From positions 124,001 to 188,000 of the forward strand of contig JAXLNO010000140.1 of the NCBI GenBank assembly GCA_038087875.1: a stretch of 64,000 bases of DNA. Reading direction: 5' to 3'. Both the position numbers and the translations under genes were made by a program. Shown here in pieces: positions 35,268-49,104 of the stretch. The stretch is from Malacoraja senta (taxonomy: Eukaryota). The notes beneath the pieces were generated by a model that had not been told where the DNA came from, made no database searches, and saw only the letters and a program-made list of their open reading frames with translations. The number at the start of each line of letters is the position of its first letter. The first letter of the stretch is position 1.

Positions 35268-38200
35268 TTGGAGGAAATGGGAGGAGTCAAAGGAAAAGTT
35301 ATTGAGGGTAAGGACCAGCTCCTCTAGGACAGTAGGACGGAGGAACTTGGAGCAGTCAATGGAAGTGTCTTAAGAGCAGTCAGTGTTACTGTCGAGGAAG
35401 TATTGAAGGTACTGTTGAGTTTGAAGGTAGACAAATCTCCGGGACCTGATCAGATATATCCGAGGACATTGTGGGAAACTAGAGGGGAAATTTACGAGTC
35501 GTTCTTAAATACAAGAGAGGTGCTGGAAGACTGGAGGGTGGCAAATGTTGTGCCTCTTCTCAAGAAAGGCTGCAGGGAAAATGCTGGGAACTATAGGCCG
35601 GTGAGCTTAACATCTGCAGCTGGAAAGTTACTAGAGAGTATTCTGAGGGATAGGTTATACAGGCATTTGGATGGGCAAGAGCTGATTGGGGATAGTCAGC
35701 ATGGTTTTATACGTGCGTGGTCGTGTCTCACAGATCTGATTGAATTTTTTTGAAGATGGACCAGAAAGGTCGATGAGGGCAGAGCTGTAGATGTTATGTA
35801 CATGGGTTTCAGTACGACATTCTACAAGGTTCTGCATGGTAGGCTGCTCTGGATGGTTAGATCCCATGGGATCCAAGGAAAGATAGCTGAATGGATAGCA
35901 AATTGGCTCCATGGAAGGAAGCAGAGTGTGATGGTGGAAGGTTGCTTCTCGGACTGGAGGTCTGTGACTAGTGGTGTGACTCGGGGTTGGGTGCTGGGCC
36001 CGTTACTGTTTGTCATCTACATCAATGATTTGGATCAGAACATACAGGGCAAGATTAGCAAGTTTGCTGATGATACAAAAGTGAGTGGTTTTGCAGATAG
36101 TGAAGATGGTTGTGAAAGATTGCAGCAAGATCTGGATCGATTGGCCAGGTAGGCTGAGGAATGATTGATGGAATTTAATACAGAGATGTGTGTGATGTTG
36201 CATTTTGGGACACTGAACAAGGGCAGGACCTACACAGTAAATGGTAGGCCTCTGGGTAGTGTTGTAGAGCAGAGGGATCTAGGAGTGCAGGTGCATGGTT
36301 CCTTGAAGGTCGAGTCGCAGGTAGATAAGGTGGTCAAAAAGGATTTGGCACATTGGCCTTCATCAGTCAGAGTTTTGATTGTGGAGACTGGGAGGTCATG
36401 TTGCAATTGTATAAGACGTTGGTGAGACCGCATTTAGAATATTGTGTTCAGTTCGGGGCACCATCTTATAGGAAAAATATTGTCAAGCTTGAAAGGATTC
36501 AGAGACGATTTACGAGGATGTTGCCAGGACTAGAGGGTGTGAGCTATGGGGAGAGGTTGAGTAGGCTGGGTCTCTATTCCATGGAGCTCAGCAGGATGAG
36601 GGGAGATCTTATAGAGGTATACAAAATCATGAGAGGAATAGATCGGGTAGATGCACAGTTTCTTGCCCAGAGTAGGGGAATCGAGGACCAGAGGACATAT
36701 GTTCAAGGTGAAGGGGAAAAGATTTAATAAGAATCCGAAGGGTAACGTTTTCACACAAAAGGTGGTGGGTGTATGGAACAAGTTGCCAGAGGAGGTAGCT
36801 GAGGCTGAGACTATCCAATCGTTTAAAAAAACTGTTGGATAGGTACATGGATAGGACAGGTTTGGAGGAATATGGACTAAGCACAGGCAAGTGGGACTAG
36901 TGTAGCTGGGACATTGTTGGTCGGTGTGGGCAAGTTGGGCCGAAGGGCCTTCTCCAAACTGTGTCACTTTATGACTCTAGTCTGTAGGGTAGTGTTAGTG
37001 GGCGGGAATCGTTGGGCGGTACGGACTCGGTGGGCCGAAGGGCCTGTTTCTGTGCTGTGTCTTTAAACTAAACTTAAAAATGAGAACCCATTTATTGTAC
37101 CCCAGATAAACCCACCACAGGCCAACCCACTTGTACTACCCCAGATAAACCCACTAGAAACATAGGAAAAACGTAGAAAAATAGGTGCAGAAGTAGGCCA
37201 TTCGGCCCTTTGAGCCACGGACTACATGATAGCCTGCCCACACTCTACCCCAGATACATCCATAGAACAGCCCTGTGATACTGCACCCTAGGTTGACTAA
37301 TCTTTGCACCAGTGTCACCGTGGCTCTGAGCTTTGGGTGTGTGGACTGACGATCTGTCAGCAGCGTGGGTCCATGGCGTCTCTGGAGAGAAGGAATGGGT
37401 GACATTTCAGGACAACGCCCTTCTTCAGTCTCCAGAGATGCTGCCCGACCCACTGAGTTACGACAGCTTTTTGTATCCATCTCGCTTGAGACGGGGTTGG
37501 GTTCAATAGCCGGCTGACTTGTGTGTGTTTCCCCTCCAGGTGTGTCCCTCACGTGAAGAAGTGGGTGCTGCTGGCATTACTGGGTAAGGACCTGCTCCAT
37601 TTCACTTCTCACTTCATCGATCATTGATGTCTGCAGGACAATATGAAGAGAAAATCTTCACTGAGGGTTGGAGCACTTGAGGCAAAGCATGAGGAGAAAC
37701 AGTCATGTTGAGAGTAAAGGATTAAAGGTGGAAGGAAGAATTGGGGTGGGCCCAGGGCTGTATTTAGCAGTCTGTTTGACAGAACAACACTGGTGAATTT
37801 ATAGTGTCAACTGAGTATCGCGAGCCCAAGGTTCTTATTGGAATTAGAGTGAGGTCCAAGCAGCTGAATTGAGGTTGTGTTATATTGTTCATAAATTATA
37901 GGAGCAGAATTAGGCCATTTGGCCCATCAAGCCTACTCCACTATTCAATCATGGCTGATCTATCTTTCCCTCTCAACCCCATTTTCCTGCCTGTTCCCCA
38001 TAACCTCCGACACCCGTACTAATCAAGAATCTTATCAATCTCCACCTTAAACATACCCATTGTCTTGGCCTCCTCAGCCGTCTGTGGCAATGAATTTCAC
38101 AGATTCATCACTCCCTAACTAAAGAAATTCCACCTTGTCTCCTTTCTAAAGGTGCGTGGTTTTGTTCTATGGCGATGGCCTCTGGTCCTAAACTCTCCCA

Positions 38201-38764
38201 CTAGTGGAAACATCCTCTCCACGTCCACTCTATCCAGGCCTTTCATTATTCGGCAAGTTTCAATGAAGTCCCTTCTCATCCTACAGCGAGTACAGGTCCA
38301 GTGAGTACAGGCCCAGTGCCTACAAATGCTCATCACACGTCAACCCACTCATTCCTGGGATCATTCTCGTAAACCTCCTCTGGACCCTCTCCAATGCCAG
38401 CATTTCCTTCTTCAGATGTGGAGCCTAAACGCTCACAATACTCCAAATGTGGTCTGGCCAGTGCCTTATAAAGCCTCAGCGTTACATCCCTGTCTTTATA
38501 TTCTATTATCAGGGTGCTTGTATTTGATAAACTCGCTGTTCTAATGCGTGCAAAGATGCTAATCTCCAGATTGCTCCCAGTAGCTGGTACAGTGAGTGTA
38601 GGTGTGGGAATGGAGTGTGGGTGATGAGTAGGGGAGTGATGATGCAGGAGGGAGGGCTGTATATTCCTCGGGCACTGGCACTGAGGGCAGGTGGCACCTC
38701 GAGGCTGGGACCAATCTCCTCGATGGGTTTGCTAACGCCGTTTGGATGGGTTGATATGGTTTGG
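35268..38764 (+). repeat. Tandem segmental duplication, copy 2
   Basis: See copy 1. A 5-bp junction ATAAG lies at 35263-35267. Confidence 0.96.
37540..37583 (+). CDS. SUN2: SUN2-like exon 6, duplicated copy b (identical 44 nt)
   Basis: Same sequence and splice sites as 34034-34077. Confidence 0.7.
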
Positions 38765-40370
38765 TTTGGAAGGAAATTTGAGCCAAGATTTTGGGGGGAG
38801 ACGGGCAGAACTGGGAACGAGGGCATGAAGTTAGTGAGTGGGGGGAAGAGGAAAGAAAGGCTGGAAAATCCAATGGAGGAGTGTGGCTCCACTTGATACA
38901 AGGATTCCATCGAGGGGAAAGTGTCAAAGGCTAGAGGGCAGAGCTTTCAGGTGAGAGTGGCGATGTTTAAAGGAGATATGGCCCCAAAGTTGTTTTTTAA
39001 AAGTGGTGGGTGTCTGGAACGTGCTTCCCGGGATAATGGTGGAAGCTGATACGTTAGTTGATGGCATCAAGGGTCGGTCATTTTAGTCAATGGGTAACTC
39101 ACCAGGCTCGGATGAAATGTATCCCAGGATGTTGAAGGGAGCCAGGGAAGAAATTATAGATGCTCCGACCGTGATATTTTGATTCTTCCTCACTGCAGGA
39201 GTAATACTGGAGGATTAGATTACTAACATACGGTTGTTTAAAAGGGGAGCATGGGAGAGCCCAAGTAATTACAGGCCAGTTGGCTTAACCTGTGGAGGAC
39301 AAATTATTGGAATAGATTCAACATGATATAAAATTCATTTAGAAGTGAATGATTTTTAGAACTGAGAGTAAGCATGCAGGTACAGCAGGCAGTGAAGAAA
39401 GCTAATGGCATGTTGGCCTTCATAACAAGAGCAAAGAGTTCCTTCTGCAGTTGTACGGGGCCCTAGTGAGACCACACCTGGAGTATTGTGAGCAGTTTTG
39501 GTCTCCAAATTTGAGGTAGGACATTCTTGCTAGTGGATGCCAATTCTCTGGATGCTTTCAAGAGAGTTAGATAGAGCTCTTAAAGACAGTGGAGTCAATG
39601 GATATGGTGAGAAGGCAGGAACAGGGTACTGATTGTGGATGATCAGCCATGATCATATTGAATGGCGGTGTTGGCTCGAATGGCCTACTCCTGCACTTAT
39701 TGTCTATTGTTTAAAAGTTGAGTTAAAGAGAGATTGTCAGGATGGAGTTCTTGTAGGAAGACCTTGTCTGACTGATGGTTCAATTGTTTGAGTTGGTGAC
39801 AAAGAATTGATAAGGGCAGCATGTTCCATGGAGACCATGGTTTTCAGTGAGGTTTTTGGCAAGGTCCCATATGGCAGGCTGGTCAAAAGGTAAAAGGTGA
39901 GTGGTACATTGGAACCAAAATTAGATTTGTGGTAAAAAGCAAAGGTTAATGTGGGGGAAGGAACTGCAGATGCTGGTTTACACCAAAGATGAACACAAAA
40001 TGCTGGAGTAACTCAGCAGGTCAGACAGAATCTCTGGAGAAAAGAAATAGGTGATGTTTAGTGTCGAGACCCTTCTTCAGACTGAGAGTTGGGGGAAAGG
40101 GAAATGAGAGATACAGATGGTGATGTAGGGAGATATAGACCAAATGAATGAAAGATATGCAAAAAAGTAACAATGATAAAAGAAACAAGCAAAATATGAG
40201 ATGTTGTTCCTCCAATTTGTGTTTGGCCTCACTCTGACAATGGAGGAGGCCCAGGACAGAAAGGTTAAGTGTGGGAAGGGGAATTAAAGTGTTTGGCAAC
40301 TTTGAGCGGACTGAGGCGACTGCATACTTTGAATGTTGCTTGCTTCAGTGCAACCTTTCTGCCTCTGCAG

Positions 40371-40444
40371 GTATTGGCCTCTTGATGTCATCCAGAGGTA
40401 TCTGTTCTCGTGCCGAGAAGCTGGGCGCACTGGAAAGCACTCAG
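40371..40444 (+). CDS. SUN2: SUN2-like exon 7 (phase 1/0)
   Basis: ctctgcag| GIGLLMSSRGICSRAEKLGALESTQ |gtgagc. Phases link exon 6 to exon 8, but similarity to SUN2 is weak. Confidence 0.55.
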
Positions 40445-41363
40445 GTGAGCCCCTGACTGTCCCATCCTTGTGCACTCTCGCTCTTCCTCCTGGAGCCCTT
40501 CATCTCCGCAGGTCACGGCTGCCCGTGAACAGTCCGGGTGTCGGGTTATGGGGAGAAGGCAGGAGAATGGGGTTAGGAGGGAGAGATAGATCAGCCATGA
40601 TTGAATGGTGGAGTAGATGGGCTGAATGGCCTAATTCTGCTCCTATCACATGACCTTATTACCCTGGAGCTGCCCTGGCTGCAGGATCCCTCGTAGTCCA
40701 TTCACCCCTTTCCCACATTCTGGTACAGCCACCAGCAACCCAGTAACTTGCACAATCACAGGAGGTCCTCGGCACAATCATGTCCATCCCTGGGACTCCA
40801 GGATAGCCATGGTGTTGTAGTCATGCAACATGTTGTTAGTTGGCCTTGCCAAGCAAGTTTGCAAACTGGGCTCATTTGGCCCACAGTCATCTAAACCCTT
40901 TGTCAATATTTCTGTCCAAATGTCTGTTCAGAGTGTCAGAAACCAGTGAGTATCTGGTGGATCTTGGCATTCACTGAAACTCTTCCACAGCAGTAGAAGC
41001 TTAAAATACATTTTAAAATTCCATGTGTGGGTTTTAGTGGGTTGGAAGTTGTTCTTCGTCCTGTCGATGAGAATAGGCTGTCCTCCCTGCCAATACACTT
41101 CAATAGACCGTCCCACTTGCCAATCACAATACCGAATACATTTGGCTGACCCTCCCTCCTTGTCTATTGTGCATGGGCTTCAATCAGCCATCCCTCCCGG
41201 CTTCTCACTGTGCCTTTGTCTGGTTGCCCGTTCACTTACACTGGAGGCCTGTCCTCCTGATGCAGCTGATGCTTGCAGTGGGAATGGCATGTAAATAGGC
41301 CGCAACAGTAGTGCAGCTAGTGGCATGTGCTTTGCAGATCTGAAAGGGAAGGGTGGGGGAGAG

Positions 41364-42284
41364 CATGGGCGGAATTCCCGGAGGGGGGGGGTCACGACCC
41401 CCATGTTTTGAGAGGTGGGGGGCACCTGCACTCCTAGATCCCTCTGCTCTACAACACTACCAAGAGGCCTACCATTTACATGTTTTGTAATCCGGATTTT
41501 GAAATTTGATGAAACAACTTCTATTAAAATCTCCGCTTTCCGCGAGACAGTGGAGCGCTGAAGCGCTGTGAAGCGCTTGTTAATGGTCTCTAGTAACATC
41601 GTATTAACACCATGTGTCACCAATTGTGTTTTGACCTTCAAGTATTACTGAAGGTATTCACGGAAAATTTCTTAAAGCCGTCTGATGCGGGTACAGTTAC
41701 CATTTGAACTAATTGGATGTATTGGTGAATGGGAAAGATTTAAACAGTTCGAACGGGTTTCCTGGCTGGCTTGCAGGTAAGTCCTTCATTCAGGTCACTC
41801 ACGTTATTTAGTATTTTTTTCCCCTCCAAGGTTGTTTCTTCTGTTTGCCTTTATTTGCTTCAGTTTTATTTGTTTAAGTGTTATTTATCACATTGTAGCT
41901 TTTGAAATATTCAAGAGGGTATCAGAAGTTATGTAAGGGCTGAATCGGCTGATTCATGGGGTCTTTCATCGCCCGGTGCGGCTTAAGATCAATCTGCAGC
42001 ATCGAGGCGATCGAGGCTCCCGATGTTGAAGCCCCCGCCGGGCGATGAAAGGCCCCGTGAACGGGCCGATTCAAGCCCCACGATTCGGGACGGACGAAGC
42101 TGCTGTTGCTGGAGTTCGGAGTCGGTCACCAACCAGGTCAGCTCCCGATGTTACTGTCCACAGGGCACACGGCCAAAGCCACGCGTGTTTGTGTGCGCGA
42201 ATGTGTATGTGTGTGCGCATGCGCCTGGCCACCAAGGAATTGTGTCCCCCGCCCCCCCATGTTTTGATAGCGATTTCCACCCTG
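41364..42284. mobile_element. Possible non-autonomous hAT-type DNA transposon
   Basis: Imperfect TIRs CATGGGCGGAATTCCC / GCGATTTCCACCCTG, subterminal CCCCCATGTTTTGA at both ends, degenerate 8-bp flanks GGGGAGAG / GGATAGAG. Confidence 0.4.
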
Positions 42285-44388
42285 GGATAGAGAGAGTACC
42301 CAAGGATGGCAGCAGGGGCAGTGCACCTCCTTGAATTCACCCTCTGAATCCCACTCCAGCCTGCCTTAACTGATTTCTGCAGGTTCAGTTTAGTTTAGAG
42401 ATAGAGCAGTCGTCCAAGCTCACAACACCACTGAACCGACCACTGTGCATAATTGCACAGACTTGCTAGACATTAAATGCTGGAGTAACTCAGCAGGTCA
42501 GGCAGATTCACTGGAGAATGGAATAGGTGACATTTCTGGAAGTTGTCGATCCGAAACGTCACCTATTCTTTCTCTCTGGAGATGCTACTTGACCCGCTGA
42601 GTTACTCCAGTTTTTGTGTCTATCTTCGGTTTAAACCAGCATCTGCAGTTTGACAGCTTGCATTTTGACAGCTTGCTAGCTGGTTTCTCGACACGAGCCG
42701 TGCTGTGCAGCTTTGAGCTCCCCGCCCGTGTGTGTGGTTTGCACACCCTTCGTTAGCTGCCCGCTTCTGTGTGGCCAGCTCACCTCCCTCGTGAGAAACA
42801 TCCATGCGCCAATTCATACTTATTTAGATCCAAAGCATTCTCGGGATAATCTTTGTCATTTGACAGTTACCGCACATGGTATGGATGTCTGCTCCGGTCA
42901 GTAAATGTGGAATCAAGAGCAGCACGGTGGCATAGTGGTAGAGTTACTGTCTTACAGCGCTTGCAGCACCGTAGACCCGGGTTCAATCCTGATTACGGTT
43001 GCTGTCTGAATGGAGTTTGTACGTTCTCTCTGCGTGGGTTTTCTCCGAGATCTTTGGTTTCCTCCCACACTCCAAAAACGTACAGGTTTGTTGGTGAATT
43101 GGCTGGGTATAAATTGTCCCTAGTGTGTGTGGGACAGTGTTAGTGCAGGGGGATCGCTGGTCGATGTAGACCCGGTGGGCCAAAGGGCCTGTTTCCTTGT
43201 ATCTCTAAACGAAACTAAACTGCACACAATCCCCAGGCAGAAAGAGCAGTGAGACAAAGAGCAGCTTCGTGGCTGTGGTTGGGAGGTGTTGGCCAGAGCT
43301 GCCACCCAGGGACAAGACAGCGTTTAATTCTGCACCTGAGAGGACACACGAGGATGGACGGGCGGGCGGACACACGCACGCGCACATGCACACACGGATT
43401 TGACCTTCCTGCAGCCCATAGCTGTTGTTGCTGGAACGACTTGAACCCGAGCTGTCATTGGAGAAATGTTGATCAAAGCTTTCCCATGGCCAGTGAGGGA
43501 ATGGGTGAGCAGAGATGAAAGGCAGAGGAGTGCTGGAAATGTGGGTGGGAGGAGGGAGCAGCAGGGGAATAGCCTTTCAGCCCACAATGTCAATGTGGAA
43601 CATAATGCAAAGATGACTAATCTTGCTTGCCTGCACAGGATCCATATCCCACCATTCCCTGCATCTCCATACGACTATCAAATGCCTCTATCGTATCTGC
43701 CTCCACCGCCTCTCCTGGCAGAGAGTATTCCAGGCATCCACCTGGTATAAAAAATCTATCACCTTTTATACTTTATCCCTCTTATCGTAAAGCTCTACCC
43801 TCTGGTCTTTGACATTTCCACCCTGGGGAGAAAGTAATTGAGGGGAAAATAGAGGAGAGATGTGAGATAAGTGGAGGAGAAGGGGTGGGTTGGGGGCAGA
43901 GTGAATGGGACGGAGAGTTGGGGGTTGAGATGGGGTTGCAGGATGGAGAGTTTGCCTGTGTTGGCTGCAGTTGGCCTGCATTAGGTTGGAGGTGTCCCCC
44001 CTCCATGCTGTGGAACCTGGCCTTGACAATAAATGTGCGGTGCACGGTCTCATTGAAGGGCGGCGATGGCTATATTCTGGGTCAGGTTGATATGAACTTT
44101 AGTTTAGAGATACAGCGCAGGAACAGGCCTTTTGGCCCACCGGGTCCACACTGACCAGCGATCCCCGCACACTAACACTATCCCACACACACTAGGGACA
44201 ATTTTACATTAACACTAAGCCAATTAATCTACAAGCCAGTACATCATTGGAGTGTGGGAGGAAACCAAAGATCTCGGAGAAAGCCCATGCAGGTCACGGG
44301 GAGAATGTACAAACTTCATACGGGCAGCATCTGTAGTCAGGATCAAACTCGGGTCTCTGGCGCTGTAAGGCAGCAACTCTACCTCTGC

Positions 44389-45906
44389 TTTCAAAACTGC
44401 TGCTGTCACACCAATCTTAAAGAAACCTGGTCTTGATCCCACCTCTCTCATTAACTACCGCCCTATCTCAAACCTCCCCTTTCTTTCAAAAACCCTGGAG
44501 CGTATCGTCACGTCACAACTTCATTCCCACCTCCTCGCGTATAACCTATTCGAACCCCTCCAATCTGGCTTTCGCCCCCTCCATAGCACAGAAACTGCTC
44601 TCCTCAAAGTCCTCAATGACCTCCTTACCTCTGCTGACACTGGCTCCCTCAATATCCTCATCCTCCTCGACCTGAGTGCAGCCTTCTATACCGTGAATCA
44701 TAACATCCTGCTCACCAGACTTAGGGACCTTGGCATTGAAGGGTCTGCACTCAGCTGGCTCCGTTCCTACCTTTCCAACCGATCCCACTTCATCTCTCTC
44801 CATAACCACACCTCTGCCACAGCCACTGTCACTCAAGGCGTTCCCCAAGGCTCCGTTCTTGGTCCCCTCCTCTTCATCATCTACATCCTCCCCCTTGGTC
44901 ATATACTCCGTCACTTCAACCTGGACTTCCACTGCTATGCTGATGACACCCAGATCTATCTCAGCACCAAGTCCCCCCACCACCCCCCTCTCTCGCATAT
45001 CAACTCCTGCCTATCAGCCATCAAATCTTGGATGCAACTCAACTTCCTTAAATTAAACAGTAGCAAAACAGAATTTCTCCTCATTGGCTCCAAATCAACA
45101 CTCACTAAAATTAACAACCCCACTCTCACTATTGACGGCACCAGTCTCCCCATCTCCTCAGGCACGCAACCTTGGCGTGATCTTTGACTCAACCCCCTCC
45201 CTTGAGCCTCACATCCGCCATGTTGTCAAAACATCATTTTTTCACCTCCGCAACATTGCCAAATTCAGATCCTCTCTCACACCCCCCGCTGCTGAAAGAC
45301 TCATCCATGCCTTCATCTCCTCCCGACTGCACTACTGTAACTCTCTTCTCTTTGGCATCAATTCCAGCAACATCAACCAACTCCAACTGGTCCAGAATGC
45401 AGCCGCCCGACTCATCACCCACACCAAATCCTGGCACCACATCACCCCAGTTCTCAAAGAACTTCACTGGCTTCCCATTTCCCACCGGATCACCTACAAA
45501 ATCCTGGTCCTCACCTACAAAGCCCTCAACAACTTGGCCCCCCCTTATCTCACTGACCTCCTCTCCCCCTACCAACCCTCACGGTCCCTCAGATCCACAT
45601 CAGCTGGTCTCCTCTCCACTCCGAAATCAAACCTCTGCACTTTTGGAGCCTTCTCCAGGGCAGCTCCCAGGCTCTGGAATTCCCTCCCACAACTGGTCCG
45701 AAATTCTGAGTCCCTCACCATCTTCCAGTCCCGCCTCAAGACCTATATCTTCACCTCTGCATACCCTTAGTCCCATGTTCCCCTCCCCTTTGCATCTCTG
45801 TCTTACTGCTTTATTTGCTTTGTTTATTCTTGACTCTCAATGTAAAGCGACTTTGAGTCCTGAAAAGCGCTATATAAATAAAATGTATTATTATTATTAT
45901 TATTAT
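44389..45906 (+). mobile_element. L2 LINE, 5'-truncated, with (TAT)n tail
   Basis: GVPQGSVLGPLLFIIY, HCYADDTQIY, LIHAFISSRL.YCN, LQLVQNAAARL, LHWLPI. Confidence 0.95.
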
Positions 45907-45946
45907 CACCATACTGCCCAAGCTGACCGTCTTGCTCTGTTCCTAG

Positions 45947-46168
45947 GCTGGCCTGCAGGTGCGAATGCAGAGAATGGAGAAGGAGCTGGAGCTGCTGACC
46001 GCTGCCTTCCGGGCTTGGCTAGACTGGGGCGGTGAACCGTCTGAAACCATACGCCTCCCTTCCCCGCTGACACCAGCCCACGTCATCAAGCTGCTGGGCA
46101 AGGTAACCCTTCAGACACTGGAGGGGCTTCGGGAAATGCTGCCCTTCGAGTCGCTGGAGAGGGTGCAG
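45947..46168 (+). CDS. SUN2: SUN2-like exon 8 (coiled coil, phase 0/0)
   Basis: tcctag| AGLQVRMQRMEKELELLTAAF...ESLERVQ |gtgagt. Confidence 0.8.
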
Positions 46169-46571
46169 GTGAGTGTCAAATGCTGGCAGATTGGCCTCTT
46201 CCCCCACCCCTGCCTGGCAGTGATGTGTAGAGTCTGTCCGTAGGTGGGTGAGCAGAACCGTGATTGACACAGGAGGAAATCCAGCTGTTGCTTAACCTGC
46301 CTGGTAGTCATTGAGAGAGATGGCATGAAAACTGGCCCTTTGACCCACTGAGTCCACGCTGACCATTGATCACCCATTTGCACTAATCTAGTCCATTTGT
46401 TATCTGGCGACTGAATAATTTTACCACAACTAGAGAGCAGTCCCGAACTAGGATCTACCTCATTGGTGACCTTGGACTATATTTAATCGGACTTTACTAT
46501 CTTTACCTTGCACTAAACGTTATTCTCTTATCATGTATCTATACACTGTAAATGCCCCGATTGTAATCATG

Positions 46572-46963
46572 TAATCTCGGGCAGATGGGGCTCGTCAGCC
46601 TGGGAAGGCAGTCCATCTAGGAGAGGGAAAACTCTGATTTAAAACCTCCACTGCCTTGTGGCCATATCCAGTCATGCAAAAGGCTCCTGGAGTAAACCTC
46701 AAAAGGCTCCGGAGTTGGAGCCCCTAAGGCAGTTCTTTGTTGTCTACAACCTCGCTCTGGCAGCTCCTGCGACGGCGCTGGTGCCAAACTGTAACGGCCC
46801 TGCTGTTCCTTTGGATGGATCAGTGGCGTGGAGAGGGGGGGACGTGCTGCATGGGGCAATAGCCTGTCCTCCATATGACATCGCCCAGGCTTGCATCCGA
46901 CCACACATCACCTGCAAACTAGGATGCATCACCCATGGTCAGTCATGGCCGAAGGGGGCCTAC
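46572..46963 (+). mobile_element. Insertion (RTE-like 5' sequence) into an older LINE tail
   Basis: Flanked by the direct repeat TAATCATG (46564 and 46964). Family assignment is tentative. Confidence 0.4.
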
Positions 46964-47260
46964 TAATCATGGATTGTCTTTCTGCTGACTGGATAGCATG
47001 CCACAGAAGCTTTTCACTGTACACGTGACAATAAACTAAACTGAACTGAACTTTATTCTTTCCATATTGTCTTCAATCCGCCCTCCCCCCCAGATTCTCC
47101 ACTTGCTGACATGGAAGAGGCAATTTACCGCAGCCAATTAACCTACGAATCTGCACACATTTGGTATTCTCTCTCTGCAAAGGCTCTGGCTCTGTGTTGG
47201 ACAGAGGTGGAGGGGGTGCGTGCCCCTGGTGAGTGTAACGCTGTGTGTGTTTTCTTCCAG

Positions 47261-47338
47261 GCTGACATCCCCGCCATCCAGCAGGAGCATGAGGAGCGGA
47301 CGGAGCCGGCGTTACGGGAAGTTGGTTGCAATACCAAG
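47261..47338 (+). CDS. SUN2: SUN2-like exon 9 (78 nt, phase 0/0)
   Basis: ttccag| ADIPAIQQEHEERTEPALREVGCNTK |gtgcgt, compare human EELSALRAEHQQDSEDLFKKIVRASQ. Confidence 0.8.
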
Positions 47339-48510
47339 GTGCGTGCGGGGAGAGAGAGCTGGTGCTGGTGTGGGAGAAGGGGTAGAGAGGGCACAGGGAG
47401 TCATGGTTCATAAGTGATAGGAGATGAATAAGGCCATTCGGCTCATCAAGTCTACTCCGACATTTAATCATGGCTGATCTACCTAACCCTCCTAACCCCA
47501 TTCCCCTGCCTTCTCCTCATAACCCCTGACACCCATACTAATCAATAATCTATCTATCTCTTCCTTAACAAGATCCACAGCCTACTGTGGCAGTTAATTC
47601 CACAGATTCACCACCCTCTGATTAAAGAAATTCCTCCTCATCTCCTTCCCAAAGCAACATCCTTTTATTCTGAGGCTAAGGCCTCTGGTCCTAGCATGGC
47701 AAGCTTTCCTTCACATTCTGCCTGAAATGGCTGCTTTTAGTCTTTTTTTGTTTTGTTTTAGAGATACAGCGTGGAAAGTCTGCGCTGACCAGCAATCCAC
47801 ACACACTACCACTATCCTGCACACACTAGGGACAATGTACAATTTTACTAAGCTATTTAGCCTACAAACCTGTATGTCTTTGGAGTGTGGGTGGAAGCCG
47901 GAGCACCTGCAGAAAATCCACGCAGGTCACGGGGAGAACGTACAAACTCCGTACAGATAGTACCCGTAGTCGGGATCAAACCTGGGCCTCTGGTGCTGTG
48001 AGGCAGCAACTCTACCGCTGCACCACCGTGCTGCCCCTCAGCTGCTCTACCTCTCAGTCAGACCATTTATCTCGACACCATTTTACACCATACTCTCAAT
48101 TCTGTAATATCAAGGCCAGGCACCTCGGTGTTGAACTGGTCTCAAGGACTGGTCTCTGTAGCCACTTGGGCAGAGAATTCCCTGCATTTCCCATCCTCTG
48201 GGTGTTAAGCTGGTACAGTTCAGTGAAGTTTGATTTCAATTGAATGGTGGATTCTGCAGACAATTGATGGGAATTTGTGAGGAACTAGTTTCAAGGAGAA
48301 TTCGTGAAGGACTGGGATTCTCTGAGAGCTGGCATTGATTTGATGGGCTGAAATGGCCTATGTCATAAGGAAATATGAAGTATGGAAAAGTGACTTTTCT
48401 GCATTACATATTTGTAAATTTGATGTGTATGTTGTGAAATAAGTAGCTGCGAGTAGAATTAAAAAGCCTCCCAACTTGAAAATAAACTTTGTTTAAATTT
48501 CTATTCCTAG

Positions 48511-48554
48511 ATGTTGTTGCAGAAGGTGAAGGAAATGGAATCTGCTGTGGAAAG
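48511..48554 (+). CDS. SUN2: SUN2-like exon 10 (44 nt, phase 0/2)
   Basis: ttcctag| MLLQKVKEMESAVER |gtacag. Confidence 0.75.
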
Positions 48555-48853
48555 GTACAGAGTGTTTCCAGCCCGGAGTGGAGTAGCAGCAGACCCTTGG
48601 TGGTGGGGGGGAGGCTTTGTCAGTTGCTGCGTGAACGTCGACGTCGCTTTTAGGTCAACATCGCTTTTAGTTTCGAGGTACAGCGTGGAAACAGGCCCTT
48701 CGGCCCACCGAGTCCGTGCAGACCAACGATCACTCTTACACCGGTAGTCAGGATTGAACCCGGGTCTCTGGCGCTGTAAGGTCGTAGCTCTACTCTGCAT
48801 CACCGTGCTGCTTCTGCTCCTGCACTCTGATGGCTTGCTTTGTCCTGTATAGG

Positions 48854-49099
48854 ACAGGTTTTATCTGGGCCACAGCCAGACATAAAAACAGTATTTTTCC
48901 ACAAGCAGTAGCTCGACTCAACAGCCAAAAGTCTGTAGCCTCTTTTAATCTGGTACTTTATTTCCACATGTTTAAATTATAATGTTTTATTTTTAATTGT
49001 CTACTGTATATCATGTTTTTATCCTTGCAAGCAAAGCATCAAGGCAAGTTCTTGTATGTATACATACTTGGCTAATAAAATTATATTGATTATTATTAT
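48854..49099 (+). mobile_element. Rex1/Babar-type LINE 3' fragment inserted at the exon-11 acceptor
   Basis: TARHKNSIFPQAVARLN resembles the Rex1 ORF C-terminus. AATAAA at 49074, (TAT)n tail, TSD TATAGG at 48848 and 49100. Confidence 0.75.
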
Positions 49100-49104
49100 T
49101 ATAG

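Noticed and set aside
41690..41782. Strong donor CAG|GTAAGT as an additional SUN2-like exon
   Set aside because: Lies within a putative DNA transposon, has no SUN2 similarity, and exons 7 and 8 already join in phase.
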